Shown here in pieces: positions 30,632-39,595 of a stretch of DNA of 41,993 bases. This stretch comes from Hyphomicrobiales bacterium (GTDB lineage: Bacteria > Pseudomonadota > Alphaproteobacteria > Rhizobiales > Beijerinckiaceae), in contig JAIXZF010000253.1 in assembly GCA_027489835.1 (NCBI GenBank), forward strand, positions 1-41,993. The letters are read 5' to 3'. The position numbers were made by a program, and so were the translations under genes. The notes beneath the pieces were generated by a model, which saw only the letters and a list, made by a program, of their open reading frames with translations, did no database searches and was not told the DNA's origin. The number at the start of each line of letters is the position of its first letter. Position 1 is the first letter of the stretch.

Positions 30632-30919
30632 TGGAACTTGGTTCGCTTCAGGCGAACAAAGGTGAAACAAACATTTGGATTGGCAAGCAAAAAAGTAATT
30701 CGATCACGCAGCCAGCAGTCTGACGAATCTGCCTATCTTCAAAACTCCTTCAAGCGCGCTTGAAGAAATTCGCAAAACCTTCAAAAATGTGATTTTCTTC
30801 AAAAAGAACGTTTGTTTGGATTGTCGAACACCTGCATTCGCTGGTTGGCGCTGATCATCGGCAAAAAGACCGCGAATCACCGATCGATCCGTTGCCACGT
30901 CAAAGCGCGGTCTACCCTT

Positions 30920-31108
30920 TCGCCTGGCGACACCGCCGTTGCACGTAACGGCAATCAGGTCCCAGCAAGAAGCAATGCGAAACCGCATTATGACGATCGG
31001 GCGCCGTCAAACGCCAACCGCTTCCCGCCTTACGACTATTGCATCCCGCAAAACGACAATCGGAAACCGCCTAAGCGCACACCAGTTCCGACAAACGACA
31101 CATCTGCC
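30920..31108. repeat. Degenerate 21-bp-period tandem array (6 clear units, up to 9)
   Basis: Units start with CCG at 30983, 31004, 31025, 31046, 31067 and 31088; consensus approximately CCGcnwwACGACaatc. Confidence 0.65.
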
Positions 31109-31369
31109 GGCCGCTTCTGCAACAGGGCAGCCTCTTGAAAACATGCGTTCTAGCGCAGAAAACGTAGGTGAAAGCGCTTGGAAGCTGACGTCTTGAACGA
31201 GTTCCCCGAGGCCAAAGCCGTATGAGGCCTGACGAGTTGTCCTGAAAAATGCGCAGGTTAACAGGCAAGAACAGGTAGAACAGGCAAGCGGACGGCAAGC
31301 AGGTTGCGGCTACCCGGTGCTGAGATTTTCAACGGCACCCGGAGAGCAGTTCGCTCAGACCTGCGCCCA

Positions 31370-31671
31370 CCATGCGGGCGAACCTCATTGTAGTATCTGA
31401 GCCAATCCTCCATCTTTTCGCGCGCATCCGCAAGTGTCAGGAACCAGTGGGTGTTCAGGCATTCGCTGCGGAAGCGTCCGTTAAAGGCTTCGATGAAGGC
31501 CTTCCGACAGATCTCCGCCACAGGCACGCCGTCAGCGCCCTGCTTCAGAATGAACGCCTTCTGGGCCTCCGAAAACTTGCTCGCCTTCATCGTCTTCCGC
31601 TCCTCCCAGCCAAGGGATGATGGCGCGGAAAACTCCAGCCTCAAACGGTCCAGTTTCGTCGGGGCGGATCA
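31370..31671 (-). mobile_element. Left end of an internally deleted IS3-family element (IRL, orfA N-terminus fused to orfB C-terminus)
   Basis: IRL TGATCCGCCCC from 31671; MKASKFSEAQKAFILKQGADGVPVAEICRKA fused at ~31499 to FIEAFNGRFRSECLNTHWF...YNEVRPH. Confidence 0.88.
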
Positions 31672-31912
31672 GTTTTGGCCCTGTCCGGGCCGGGTTGCGA
31701 ACATTGATGGCGCGAGGCCGCCGAGGCTCGAATGGGGTCTGACGGTGTTGTAGTCGATACGCCAAGCCTCGATGATCCGGCGCGCCTCGGCAAGCGAGGA
31801 TAAGACGTGCTCGTTGAGGCATTCATCGCGTAGCCGTCCGTTGAAGCTCTCGACGAACGCATTCTGGATCGGCTTGCCGGGCGTGATGTAGCGCCATTCG
31901 ATGCCGGTATCC
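31672..31912 (-). mobile_element. IS3-family (IS407-group-like) orfB C-terminal fragment
   Basis: [35 protein letters not shown]...[15 protein letters not shown]; joined directly to phage DNA at ~31912. Confidence 0.9.
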
Positions 31913-32287
31913 GGGGCGATCCGCGCCGAGATCGAGGAACAGCGCAAGTCGTGCGACCTCGACGCGACGCAGTCCCCGGTCTGGCCCGACGACTGGTCGG
32001 AGCCCGAGCGAGAGCAGATGCGCGCGATCAAGCGCGCGGGGCTGGTCGCAGCACTGTCCGGCGCACCGCATTCGACCCGCGTGCTGCTGGAGACTTGCGG
32101 AGCGCTGCGCCAGATCGCGGCGCAGGCCATCGCGGACGCCGCCAGCCAGGGGCTCGTGAGCAAGCTGGTAACCGGCGGCGTCGTCATCGAGGGCGGCAGC
32201 GAGCCACTGAAGGTGCGCCGCATCGCCGACCTCCTCATCAACGCATCCGTCATCGTCGAAGAAATCGCGAAAGGATCCCCCGCATGA
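31913..32287 (+). pseudogene. 5'-truncated phage hypothetical gene
   Basis: Open frame with high-GC codon usage from the IS junction to a TGA overlapping the next ATG. Confidence 0.55.
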
Positions 32288-32703
32288 CGCAGAACTTCCC
32301 CTTCACGGGCAATCTGGTGCTGGAGTTCTGCTGCGCTTGCGGGATTCCGTTCGGCATCGAGGCCGACCGCCAACGGCGGCTGCGGGACAACCCGGGCTCC
32401 ACCTTCTACTGCACTTCGGGGCACGCGATGCACTACGCCGGCAAGAGCAAGGCTGACCAGCTTGCCGAGCAGTTGAGCCGCGAACGCCAGCGCATCGCGG
32501 AAATGGAAGACACGATCGCCTTCGTCGAGAACCAGCGCGCGCTGGCGGCCCGTCAGGCGGCCGCGGCCAAGGGCCAGGTCACCAAGCTGAAGCGCCGCGC
32601 GGCTGCCGGCGTCTGCCCGTGCTGCAACCGGTCCTTCGAGAACCTGTCCCGCCACATGAAATCGAAGCACCCGACGTTCGCGGCCGAAGAGGTCGCAGCA
32701 TGA
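32284..32703 (+). CDS. Phage zinc-finger/coiled-coil protein
   Basis: CCACG, FYCTSGH, coiled coil, [21 protein letters not shown]; ATGA overlaps on both sides. Confidence 0.8.
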   Translation: MTQNFPFTGNLVLEFCCACGIPFGIEADRQRRLRDNPGSTFYCTSGHAMHYAGKSKADQLAEQLSRERQRIAEMEDTIAFVENQRALAARQAAAAKGQVTKLKRRAAAGVCPCCNRSFENLSRHMKSKHPTFAAEEVAA

Positions 32704-32879
32704 TCTTCGATTACGAGTTCCACCCGGACAGCTATTTCCGCCCGAGACCGGGCGTGGCTCGCGTCGTGGTCAAGCTCAAACGGCTGTCGCCGACCGGCCA
32801 AGAGTGGCTGCGCCGCTATAACGAGGCTGCCTGGGCCGGCAAGCTCGATCACGGCGCTCACTGGGGCGGCGTGCAATGA
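32700..32879 (+). CDS. Small phage hypothetical protein (59 aa)
   Basis: [10 protein letters not shown]...; ATGA coupling at both ends. Confidence 0.65.
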   Translation: MIFDYEFHPDSYFRPRPGVARVVVKLKRLSPTGQEWLRRYNEAAWAGKLDHGAHWGGVQ

Positions 32880-33214
32880 CGCCTCGCTATTTCCATGGAG
32901 GCCCCCGCGGGCTCATCAAGTTGCGGCCGCCAAGCGAAACGGGTGTGCGCTCGATCGGGCACATGTTGGCCCCCTCCATCGTGCGCAACGACCGCGTCTT
33001 CGTGACGACCGAGTTTGCAGCGGCGGTCATTTATGCGGCCTCGCACGGCAAGGGCGTCGTCTACGAGGTGGAGCCCGTCGGCAAGCTCGAACACGACCCC
33101 GATTGCTCGCAACCCGGGCTCTCCTTCCAGTGCCCCGCGGCTCGCATCGTGCGCGTCGTCATCCCCAAGCCCAACGACCTCAAGCGCGCACGAAAGGCGA
33201 TGCTGTCCGCATGA
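32876..33214 (+). CDS. Arr-like ADP-ribosyltransferase-fold protein
   Basis: YFHGG, RVFVTT, VYEVEPVGKLEHDPD and SFQCPAARIVRV parallel Arr motifs as recalled (FYHGT, VYFT, VYxVEPTGxFExDPN, SYRS..LRVV). Confidence 0.6.
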   Translation: MTPRYFHGGPRGLIKLRPPSETGVRSIGHMLAPSIVRNDRVFVTTEFAAAVIYAASHGKGVVYEVEPVGKLEHDPDCSQPGLSFQCPAARIVRVVIPKPNDLKRARKAMLSA

Positions 33215-33729
33215 AAGCTCTCACCGTCTGGCAGCCTTGGGCGAGCCTCATCGCGATCGGCGCCAAGCCCTACGAGTTTCGGGGCTGGAAACCGCCACGC
33301 GCCATCATCGGCCAGCGCATCGCCATCCATGCCGGCGCGCGACCGATCAAGGAAAGCGAAGTCCGCGCACTGCTGCTGGGATTGAACAGCGAGCAGCATC
33401 TTGTGTGCCTGCATGGCGACATTGCCATCCCTGCCCTCAAGCGGGTGCTCGCAAGCCTGGTCGATTCCGGCGACCACCTGTTCATGCAGGAACCGCCGCC
33501 TCCGCTGCCGCCGCTGTCTCACATCGTCTGCACGGCAATCGTCGGCGAACCGAAGCGGGGAGATGTCTGCGCTCGCGAGTTTGGAGCGTCGTCCGGCAAT
33601 GACAGCGACCGTGAAGGCACCTTCAACTGGGGTTGGCCGATGCTGCACGTGCAGCCGTGTGAGCCGCCGATTCCTGCGAAAGGGGCACAGGGCCTGTGGG
33701 ACTACCATGGCCTCGGGAGGGCGGCATGA
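33211..33729 (+). CDS. ASCH-domain protein
   Basis: MKALTVWQPWASLIAIGAKPYEFRGW, IAIHAG, PIPAKGAQGLW. Confidence 0.88.
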   Translation: MKALTVWQPWASLIAIGAKPYEFRGWKPPRAIIGQRIAIHAGARPIKESEVRALLLGLNSEQHLVCLHGDIAIPALKRVLASLVDSGDHLFMQEPPPPLPPLSHIVCTAIVGEPKRGDVCAREFGASSGNDSDREGTFNWGWPMLHVQPCEPPIPAKGAQGLWDYHGLGRAA

Positions 33730-34574
33730 GCGACATTCTCACCCCGTCAGCCGCAGAACCCGCCAAGCCGATCACCGCCAAGCAGATCCGCGTCGCCCTG
33801 CGCGGCACCTTCGCACCGCCAGCGTGGAGGATCTTCGACGAGGTCGGAAACGGGACTGGGCGCGACCTGACCAACTGGCTCGACTGCGTCGCCGTCGGGA
33901 TATGGCCATCAGTCGGCCAGGAACTTGTCGGTGTCGAGATCAAGGTCAGCAAGGCGGACCTCAAGCGCGAGATCGACAATCCGGCGAAGACCGAGGCCAT
34001 GATGAAGTACATGGACCGGTTCTATCTTGCGTGCCCGGCCAACATCGCAGGGGCCGACGATGTGCCCAGGACATGGGGGCTGATCAACGTTTGGGAGTCC
34101 CGCACGCGCATCGTCAAGAAGGCGCCTGCGCTGACGCCTCAGCCGCTTGATCGAAGCCTGTTGGCGGCGCTGCTGCGTAGGGCAGGTGAAACGGACGACG
34201 GCGTCGTCAACGCTGCGGTCAGCAAGGCCTTGGCCGAGCAGCGCGCCAATGAGGAGCAGCGGATTACGGCGCGCGTCGAGTCCGAGAGGCGTGCCATGCA
34301 GGCGCGAGGCAAGGATGCCGAACAGCGATTGGCGACTGTCTTGCAGGCAGCAGGGATCGGCGAGCACGAATGGGTTAACTGCGAGCAGCTTGGCCGGGTC
34401 GTCGGCGCCGTCTACCGTTCGGGCATCTTCTGTTCCTATAGCGGGCTTTCCAGCGTCGCAAAGTCCGTCGAACGCTCGGCTTCTGAGTTGAAGAAGGCAC
34501 TGGACGAGATCGACGCACTGGCGCGAGGAGCCGAGAGCGCCGAAGCCGCGAACGTCGCGGGGCAGCAGCCATGA
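33726..34574 (+). CDS. MmcB-like PD-(D/E)xK nuclease-domain phage protein
   Basis: FDEVGNGTG...LDCVAVGIWPS...GVEIKVSKADLKRE...DRFYLACP...WGLI. Confidence 0.75.
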   Translation: MSDILTPSAAEPAKPITAKQIRVALRGTFAPPAWRIFDEVGNGTGRDLTNWLDCVAVGIWPSVGQELVGVEIKVSKADLKREIDNPAKTEAMMKYMDRFYLACPANIAGADDVPRTWGLINVWESRTRIVKKAPALTPQPLDRSLLAALLRRAGETDDGVVNAAVSKALAEQRANEEQRITARVESERRAMQARGKDAEQRLATVLQAAGIGEHEWVNCEQLGRVVGAVYRSGIFCSYSGLSSVAKSVERSASELKKALDEIDALARGAESAEAANVAGQQP

Positions 34575-36322
34575 GCAGCCAGAACCGCAAGATCCTCGTC
34601 GCGGACCTTCTGTGCGGCGCCGGCGGCTCGTCGACAGGCTGCGCACGAGCACTTCGCGAGCTCGGGCTCGACATGGAACTTGTGTGCGTCAACCATTGGC
34701 CCGTCGCGATCGACACGCACCAGCGCAACCATCCGGAGGCTCGGCACTACGTTCAGGACATCGCTTCCGTTCGCCCGCACATCATTGTGCCGGAGGGCTA
34801 TCTCGACCTGCTCATGGCGTCGCCGACGTGCACCCATCACAGCGTCGCCCGGGGCGGCAAGCCAACGTCGGATCAACAGCGCTCCGATCCATGGCACATC
34901 ATCACTTGGCTGACTGAGCTTCGCGTCAGGCGGATCATCATCGAGAACGTCTGGGAGTTCACCGGCTGGGGTCCGGTCGACCCAAACACAGGTAAGCCGA
35001 TCAAGAGCCGCAAGGGTGAGTACTTCAATGCATGGATCGACGTGATCCGGCGTTTGGGCTTTGACCCCGAATGGCGCAAGCTCAATGCGGCCGACTATGG
35101 CGACGCGACGACGCGCCAACGCTTCATCCTCATGGCCCGATCCGACCGCAGGCGCGTGATATGGCCTGCGGCGACGCATACCAGGCCGGGCAACGACAAG
35201 CTCGCACCGTTTCCAGGCCTCAAGCCCTGGCGGCCGGCCCGCGAGATCATCGACTGGTCGAAGAAGGGAAAGTCCATCTTCGGACGGAAGAAGCCGCTGG
35301 CCGCGAAGACGCTGGCGCGCATCGAGGCGGGCGCGGTCAAATTCGGCTGGCCCGAACCCTATCTCGTGATCCTGCGCCGGCACATGGACGGCCGCAGTGT
35401 CGATGCGCCGTTGCCAGCGCTCGCGACCGGCGGGCATGTGGCGCTGGCCCAACCCATCGTTCTTTCGCGTCACTCGGAAGGCGCTCCGCGATCCATCGAC
35501 GAGCCGACGCCGACGCAGGTCGCCAAGCACAGCCACATGCTGATCGAGCCATTCCTTGCGACGGTGGCTCATGGCAGCGACCCGGAGGACCCCACGGCCG
35601 ACATTCGGCGCGCAAAGAGCATCGATCACCCGCTCGGAACAGTGCAGGCCGGCGGCGGCAAGTTCGCGCTCATCTCGCCCTACTACGGATCGGGCTCGGG
35701 CGAGACCTGCACGGACGCCGGCGCCCCTCTTCCGACCATCACTGCCAAGAACCGCTTCGGCCTCGTCGTTCCCGTCACGCAGTCCGGAGGCGGCGCTGGC
35801 GCGCGCCCCTTGGAGCAGCCAGTCCCCACGATGACCACGGCCAAGGGCGGAGAATTCGCACTCGTCATGCCGGTCACCCATGACGACGGCTCCGATCGCG
35901 CGCGCGCTGCAGACGATCCGCTCCCGACGATCACGGGGGCCAACCGCGGCGAACTCGCCTTCATCGTGGCGCAGCATGGCGAGCGGCCCGGCCAAACGCC
36001 CCGCGTGCATGACATCGACCTTCCGGCGCCAACCATCGCCGCCACCGGTCACGTCGATCTCATCGAGCCGGGACAGCACTTCGACATCCTGTTCCGGATG
36101 CTCGAGCCCGAGGAATTGGGCGCGGCAATGGGGTTCGACGACGAAGATCAGATCTATGAGTTCGCCGGCACCAAGACCCAGAAGATCAAGCAGATCGGCA
36201 ATGCCGTCTCGGTCAGGAAGATGCAGGCCTGCGTGCGGTCGATCATGGCGGATGCCGTGCCGGGCCACGGTCGAATCGATGCCGAACCGGCGATCGAGAA
36301 TCTTGCAGAGGACGCTGCATGA
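34571..36322 (+). CDS. Phage DNA cytosine (C5) methyltransferase
   Basis: ADLLCGAGG (motif I), ASPTC (IV), IIENVWEF (VI), YGDATTRQRF (VIII), QIGNAV (X). Confidence 0.92.
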   Translation: MSSQNRKILVADLLCGAGGSSTGCARALRELGLDMELVCVNHWPVAIDTHQRNHPEARHYVQDIASVRPHIIVPEGYLDLLMASPTCTHHSVARGGKPTSDQQRSDPWHIITWLTELRVRRIIIENVWEFTGWGPVDPNTGKPIKSRKGEYFNAWIDVIRRLGFDPEWRKLNAADYGDATTRQRFILMARSDRRRVIWPAATHTRPGNDKLAPFPGLKPWRPAREIIDWSKKGKSIFGRKKPLAAKTLARIEAGAVKFGWPEPYLVILRRHMDGRSVDAPLPALATGGHVALAQPIVLSRHSEGAPRSIDEPTPTQVAKHSHMLIEPFLATVAHGSDPEDPTADIRRAKSIDHPLGTVQAGGGKFALISPYYGSGSGETCTDAGAPLPTITAKNRFGLVVPVTQSGGGAGARPLEQPVPTMTTAKGGEFALVMPVTHDDGSDRARAADDPLPTITGANRGELAFIVAQHGERPGQTPRVHDIDLPAPTIAATGHVDLIEPGQHFDILFRMLEPEELGAAMGFDDEDQIYEFAGTKTQKIKQIGNAVSVRKMQACVRSIMADAVPGHGRIDAEPAIENLAEDAA

Positions 36323-36537
36323 CCGATCCGCCACCCACAGGAGACGAATGCACCTGCGGATCGTGCGAGCAGGCCCGCCGACGGTCTTCGGACGGCCGCT
36401 GCCGCGCATGCGACGGAACGGGCGTCGTGCTCTCCGCTCTCGGCGCGCCGCGCCCATGCTCCCGATGCCGCAGTGACGACTTCCGCGGATGGTCCGCCCA
36501 GCTTCAACCACCATTGGAGGTTCCACACGATGAGTGA
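36319..36537 (+). CDS. Small Cys-rich (zinc-finger-like) phage protein
   Basis: CTCGSC, CRACDGTG, PCSRC; ATGA overlap with the methylase. Confidence 0.6.
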   Translation: MTDPPPTGDECTCGSCEQARRRSSDGRCRACDGTGVVLSALGAPRPCSRCRSDDFRGWSAQLQPPLEVPHDE

Positions 36538-36949
36538 CCTGCAACATCTGCCCAAGCTCTCGACATTCCTGAAGGTGCTTTCGGCTGACCTGACCCAGCA
36601 CGCGCTGGCTCTTCAGGCTTATCCTGCCGGCGCCGTTGCGGAGGTGGCCCCGAACCTTGAGGTGATCGTGCAAGGCGTCGTGGCGCTGGAAGCGAGGGTC
36701 GAGCAGCTCGAAGCCGTCGCGGCCGATCTCGGCATCCTCGATGACGCCGGCGCCGATCGACCCGAGCCGGACTGCAATGATCGGCCGGCGATCGAGATCA
36801 CGGCCGCCGGCTATGCAGCGCTCGGTGACGCGCCCCAGGCTGGCACGGTTGTGTCGTTTGCCAGGGCGCGAAAGGCCGCGGAGCAGCGCAGGCTGCAACT
36901 GGCGATCGACAGGATGGGCAACAGCGACCCGCCTGGCAGCATTGCCTAG
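36530..36949 (+). CDS. Phage hypothetical protein
   Basis: GGAGG SD before ATG 36530; helical, coiled-coil-like content. Confidence 0.6.
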   Translation: MSDLQHLPKLSTFLKVLSADLTQHALALQAYPAGAVAEVAPNLEVIVQGVVALEARVEQLEAVAADLGILDDAGADRPEPDCNDRPAIEITAAGYAALGDAPQAGTVVSFARARKAAEQRRLQLAIDRMGNSDPPGSIA

Positions 36950-37038
36950 CGGCCCTCGCCTTGCCGCGCCCCCCGCAAAGAGGTAATTTGCTCCCATACC
37001 GCGCATGAGGCGCCGAACCCGGACCGGGTAAGCGCACC

Positions 37039-37806
37039 ATGGCGGGCTCCTCCTCCGCATCCTCGACGCCCTCACCCGCCCGTCACGCGACCGTGCTGGA
37101 CATCCAGCGCGCGCTGGTGTCGCACGGTTATCAGCCCGGACCCCTTGATGGGGCATGGGGAGCGCGCACCGACGGTGCCCTCCGGCAGTTCCAGCGCGAC
37201 CGCGGCCTCATCGTTGACGGCATCGTCGGCCCGCGCACCAAGCTCGCGCTCTGGCCCAATCTGGTCGCGAGCCGCATCGCCGTGGCCGCCCCCAGCGTGC
37301 CGCTCTGGCTGACGCTTGCCATCGCCGAGATCGGCCAGCGCGAGGCCTCGGGGCGCGACTCCAACCGCCGCATCATCGCCTACCGCACCCTTGGCAGAAC
37401 GACCAGCGACGCTGCGACCGAGGATGGTTCCAGGCCATGGTGCGCGGACTTCGCCAACGCAATGCTTGAGGTCGCCGGCGTGCCCGGCACGCGTTCCGGC
37501 CTTGCGCGCAGCTTCGAGCGATCGCCGGAATTCGTCCGCCTCGCCGGCCCGGCGCTCGGCGCCATCACCACCTTCTGGCGCGGTGCCAAGGCCAGCGGCA
37601 AGGGCCATGTCAACTTCTATGCCGGCCAGCTGTCCAGCGGGCGCATCATCGGCGTCGGCGGCAATCAGAGCGACGCGGCGACCGCGGCCGAATACGGCAC
37701 AGCGCGCCTCGTCGCCTACTGGTGGCCGCGCTCCGCTCCAGCGCCGGCCATCGGCCATACGCCTCCCATTATTCGGCCCACTGCCCGCGAGGGCCGCGAA
37801 ACCTGA
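37039..37806 (+). CDS. Endolysin: peptidoglycan-binding domain plus TIGR02594/NlpC-P60-like peptidase
   Basis: IQRALVSHGYQPGPLDGAWGARTDGALRQFQRDRGLIVDGIVGPRT; PWCADF, GHVNFY, GGNQSD. Confidence 0.88.
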   Translation: MAGSSSASSTPSPARHATVLDIQRALVSHGYQPGPLDGAWGARTDGALRQFQRDRGLIVDGIVGPRTKLALWPNLVASRIAVAAPSVPLWLTLAIAEIGQREASGRDSNRRIIAYRTLGRTTSDAATEDGSRPWCADFANAMLEVAGVPGTRSGLARSFERSPEFVRLAGPALGAITTFWRGAKASGKGHVNFYAGQLSSGRIIGVGGNQSDAATAAEYGTARLVAYWWPRSAPAPAIGHTPPIIRPTAREGRET

Positions 37807-37847
37807 TCTCCGTCCGGGCGGATCCCGGTTGAACGAAGGAACATGCC

Positions 37848-38123
37848 ATGTCGAACGACACCAGCCGCACCATGAGGGCGAAAGTGAAGGTCGGGGCGGT
37901 CACGCCGTACCCGAATGCCAGCGGGGAAGTCACGCAGGAAATCCTGCATTTCCACGGGGTCGCGGCGACCAAGTACCCCGCCGACGGCAGCGACGAGGAC
38001 AACACCTTCGCCAAGTTCTCGCCTTCGCTGAACCTGCAGCTTCACCTCGCCAATCCGGCGCTGATCGGCAGGTTCAAGCCGGGCGACACCTTCTACATCG
38101 ACTTCACCCCCGCGCCGGGCTGA
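37848..38123 (+). CDS. Phage hypothetical protein
   Basis: AAGGA SD; MRAKVKV...EDNTFAKFSPS...FKPGDTFYIDFTPA. Confidence 0.75.
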   Translation: MSNDTSRTMRAKVKVGAVTPYPNASGEVTQEILHFHGVAATKYPADGSDEDNTFAKFSPSLNLQLHLANPALIGRFKPGDTFYIDFTPAPG

Positions 38124-38179
38124 TCCGTCGCGCCTGCATCCACCAGCCGGCCCGGCCGGCCCAACCCGAAAGGTCACCC

Positions 38180-38638
38180 ATGTCTGCCCTACGAAAACTG
38201 CTCCCCGCTGCGATCCTGCTTCTGGTCCTCGGCCCCTTCGTCATGCCTGCGTTCGCTCAGGCCGCGTCCTCGACATCCGTGGTCATCCCGTGGGGAGACT
38301 GGGCCGCAGCCGCGCTGATGACCGTGTCGGCCGTCGTCCTCCCGGTCATCACCTGGGGCCTTCGCCTGCTGCCCGAGCAGTTGCAGTCGCTGGTCCGAAC
38401 TGCGCAGGTCGAGCAGCTGCTCGCGAAGGCGGTTTCCTATGGCATCAACGCAACCGCGGGAGCCGCGCAAGGCAGGTCGCTGACGGTCGACATCGGCTCG
38501 GAGGTCGCGCGCCACGCCGTTGGCTACACCATCGAGCAGGGCCCGCGCTGGGTCGAGGCGTGGCTCGGCGGGCAGGAGGGAATCCGAAAGCGGATCATCG
38601 CCCGTCTGGACGTCATGCCGACGGCGGCGCTGCAATGA
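38180..38638 (+). CDS. Holin-like membrane protein
   Basis: Signal/TM segment plus a second TM; in the lysis cassette; AAGG SD. Confidence 0.65.
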   Translation: MSALRKLLPAAILLLVLGPFVMPAFAQAASSTSVVIPWGDWAAAALMTVSAVVLPVITWGLRLLPEQLQSLVRTAQVEQLLAKAVSYGINATAGAAQGRSLTVDIGSEVARHAVGYTIEQGPRWVEAWLGGQEGIRKRIIARLDVMPTAALQ

Positions 38639-38736
38639 GCCGCCGCGCGCCCGGCTGGATAGCGCTCGCGATCGTGGCGCTGTTCGCGCTCGTGATCGCG
38701 TCGCAGGCGATCATGCTGGGGTTCGCCTCCCGGTGA
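38635..38736 (+). CDS. 33-aa single-TM peptide in the lysis cassette
   Basis: MSRRAPGWIALAIVALFALVIASQAIMLGFASR; ATGA and GTGA overlaps with its neighbours. Confidence 0.55.
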   Translation: MSRRAPGWIALAIVALFALVIASQAIMLGFASR

Positions 38737-38984
38737 GCGCCATCTTCGCAGCCATCGCGAAGCTGTTCGTGGACGCCTTCGGCAAGGCGCTGCTCGAGAT
38801 CTGGGCCGATGCCCGGCGCGAGCGGCTTGCCAACGATCTGGGGGCGGCCCGGGCACAACATCAACTCGACCAACAAGTCATGGGAGCGGCAGATGACCAG
38901 GCCCGTATCAATGCAGCGCATCGCGGTGGCGCTCGCGGCGTCGCTGACGCTCTTGCTGAGCGCCTGTCAGCACCAGGGCGCTAA
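38733..38984 (+). CDS. Putative i-spanin (Rz-like)
   Basis: GTG start, N-terminal hydrophobic helix, helical tail; overlaps a lipoprotein gene in another frame. Confidence 0.6.
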   Translation: MSAIFAAIAKLFVDAFGKALLEIWADARRERLANDLGAARAQHQLDQQVMGAADDQARINAAHRGGARGVADALAERLSAPGR

Positions 38985-39189
38985 CCTCCAATGGGGATCG
39001 GTCGCGCGGGAAGTTGGGCGCCAGGCAGCATGGGCCCCGGCCTGCCCGACGCCGACCGAGCGCCAGAAGCTCGTGACGATCAAGGCGGAGCTCGAAGCCG
39101 CGATCGCGGCCGGCGCGGCGCCCGATACCTTGGCATCGGAGTGGGACCGGCTCGACTCCGCCTCCCGAGCCTGCCGCGGCCAGCGCTGA
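38893..39189 (+). CDS. Putative o-spanin (Rz1-like lipoprotein)
   Basis: GGGAG SD; lipobox LLLSAC; starts inside the i-spanin gene. Confidence 0.7.
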   Translation: MTRPVSMQRIAVALAASLTLLLSACQHQGANLQWGSVAREVGRQAAWAPACPTPTERQKLVTIKAELEAAIAAGAAPDTLASEWDRLDSASRACRGQR

Positions 39190-39590
39190 TGCCGTACCTG
39201 TTTCCGTCCAAGCCCGGCCGCATCCTCGAATGGGAGCACGGGCTCATCATGCTCGCCATCGGCCTCGTCCTGATGCTGCCGGACCCGACCATGGTCGGGC
39301 CGCTGTTCGAGCCGCTGCTCGACATCATGCCCGAGAAGGCGTGGGCTGCCCTGATGTTCGTGATGGGCGTGATCCGCTGCGCGGCGCTCGTGGTCAACGG
39401 TCTGGCTCCGACGGGCTCGCCGCTGGCGCGCATGGCGGTTTCGCTGATGGCGGCTCCCATCTGGGCGCTGGCCTCCTACACCTTCCTGCTCGCGGCTCCG
39501 GTCGGGCTGTGGGCGGCGTCCGTCTACGTCGTGCTCGCCGGGTTCGAGCTGAAGATCATGTGGTCCGCTGCGCGGGATCTGAAGGGCTGA
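39189..39590 (+). CDS. Multi-TM phage membrane protein (holin candidate)
   Basis: About four hydrophobic segments; TGATG overlap with the o-spanin. Confidence 0.7.
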   Translation: MPYLFPSKPGRILEWEHGLIMLAIGLVLMLPDPTMVGPLFEPLLDIMPEKAWAALMFVMGVIRCAALVVNGLAPTGSPLARMAVSLMAAPIWALASYTFLLAAPVGLWAASVYVVLAGFELKIMWSAARDLKG

Positions 39591-39595
39591 GCCTC

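Larger units (their letters stand above)
5482..31371 (-). mobile_element. ~25.9-kb integrative element (large serine recombinase, DUF2924, DUF3489, ParB-methylase, DUF5681) carrying type I-C CRISPR-Cas and RTX cargo
   Basis: Removing it at a shared CC/GG dinucleotide (5480-5481 and 31370-31371) restores IS orfB codons CGC CCG CAT GGG GCA ATT GGC (RPHGAIG); recombinase module lies inside. Confidence 0.75.

Noticed and set aside
34436-37156. 906-aa minus-strand ORF
   Set aside because: Antisense shadow of the cytosine methylase and neighbouring genes.
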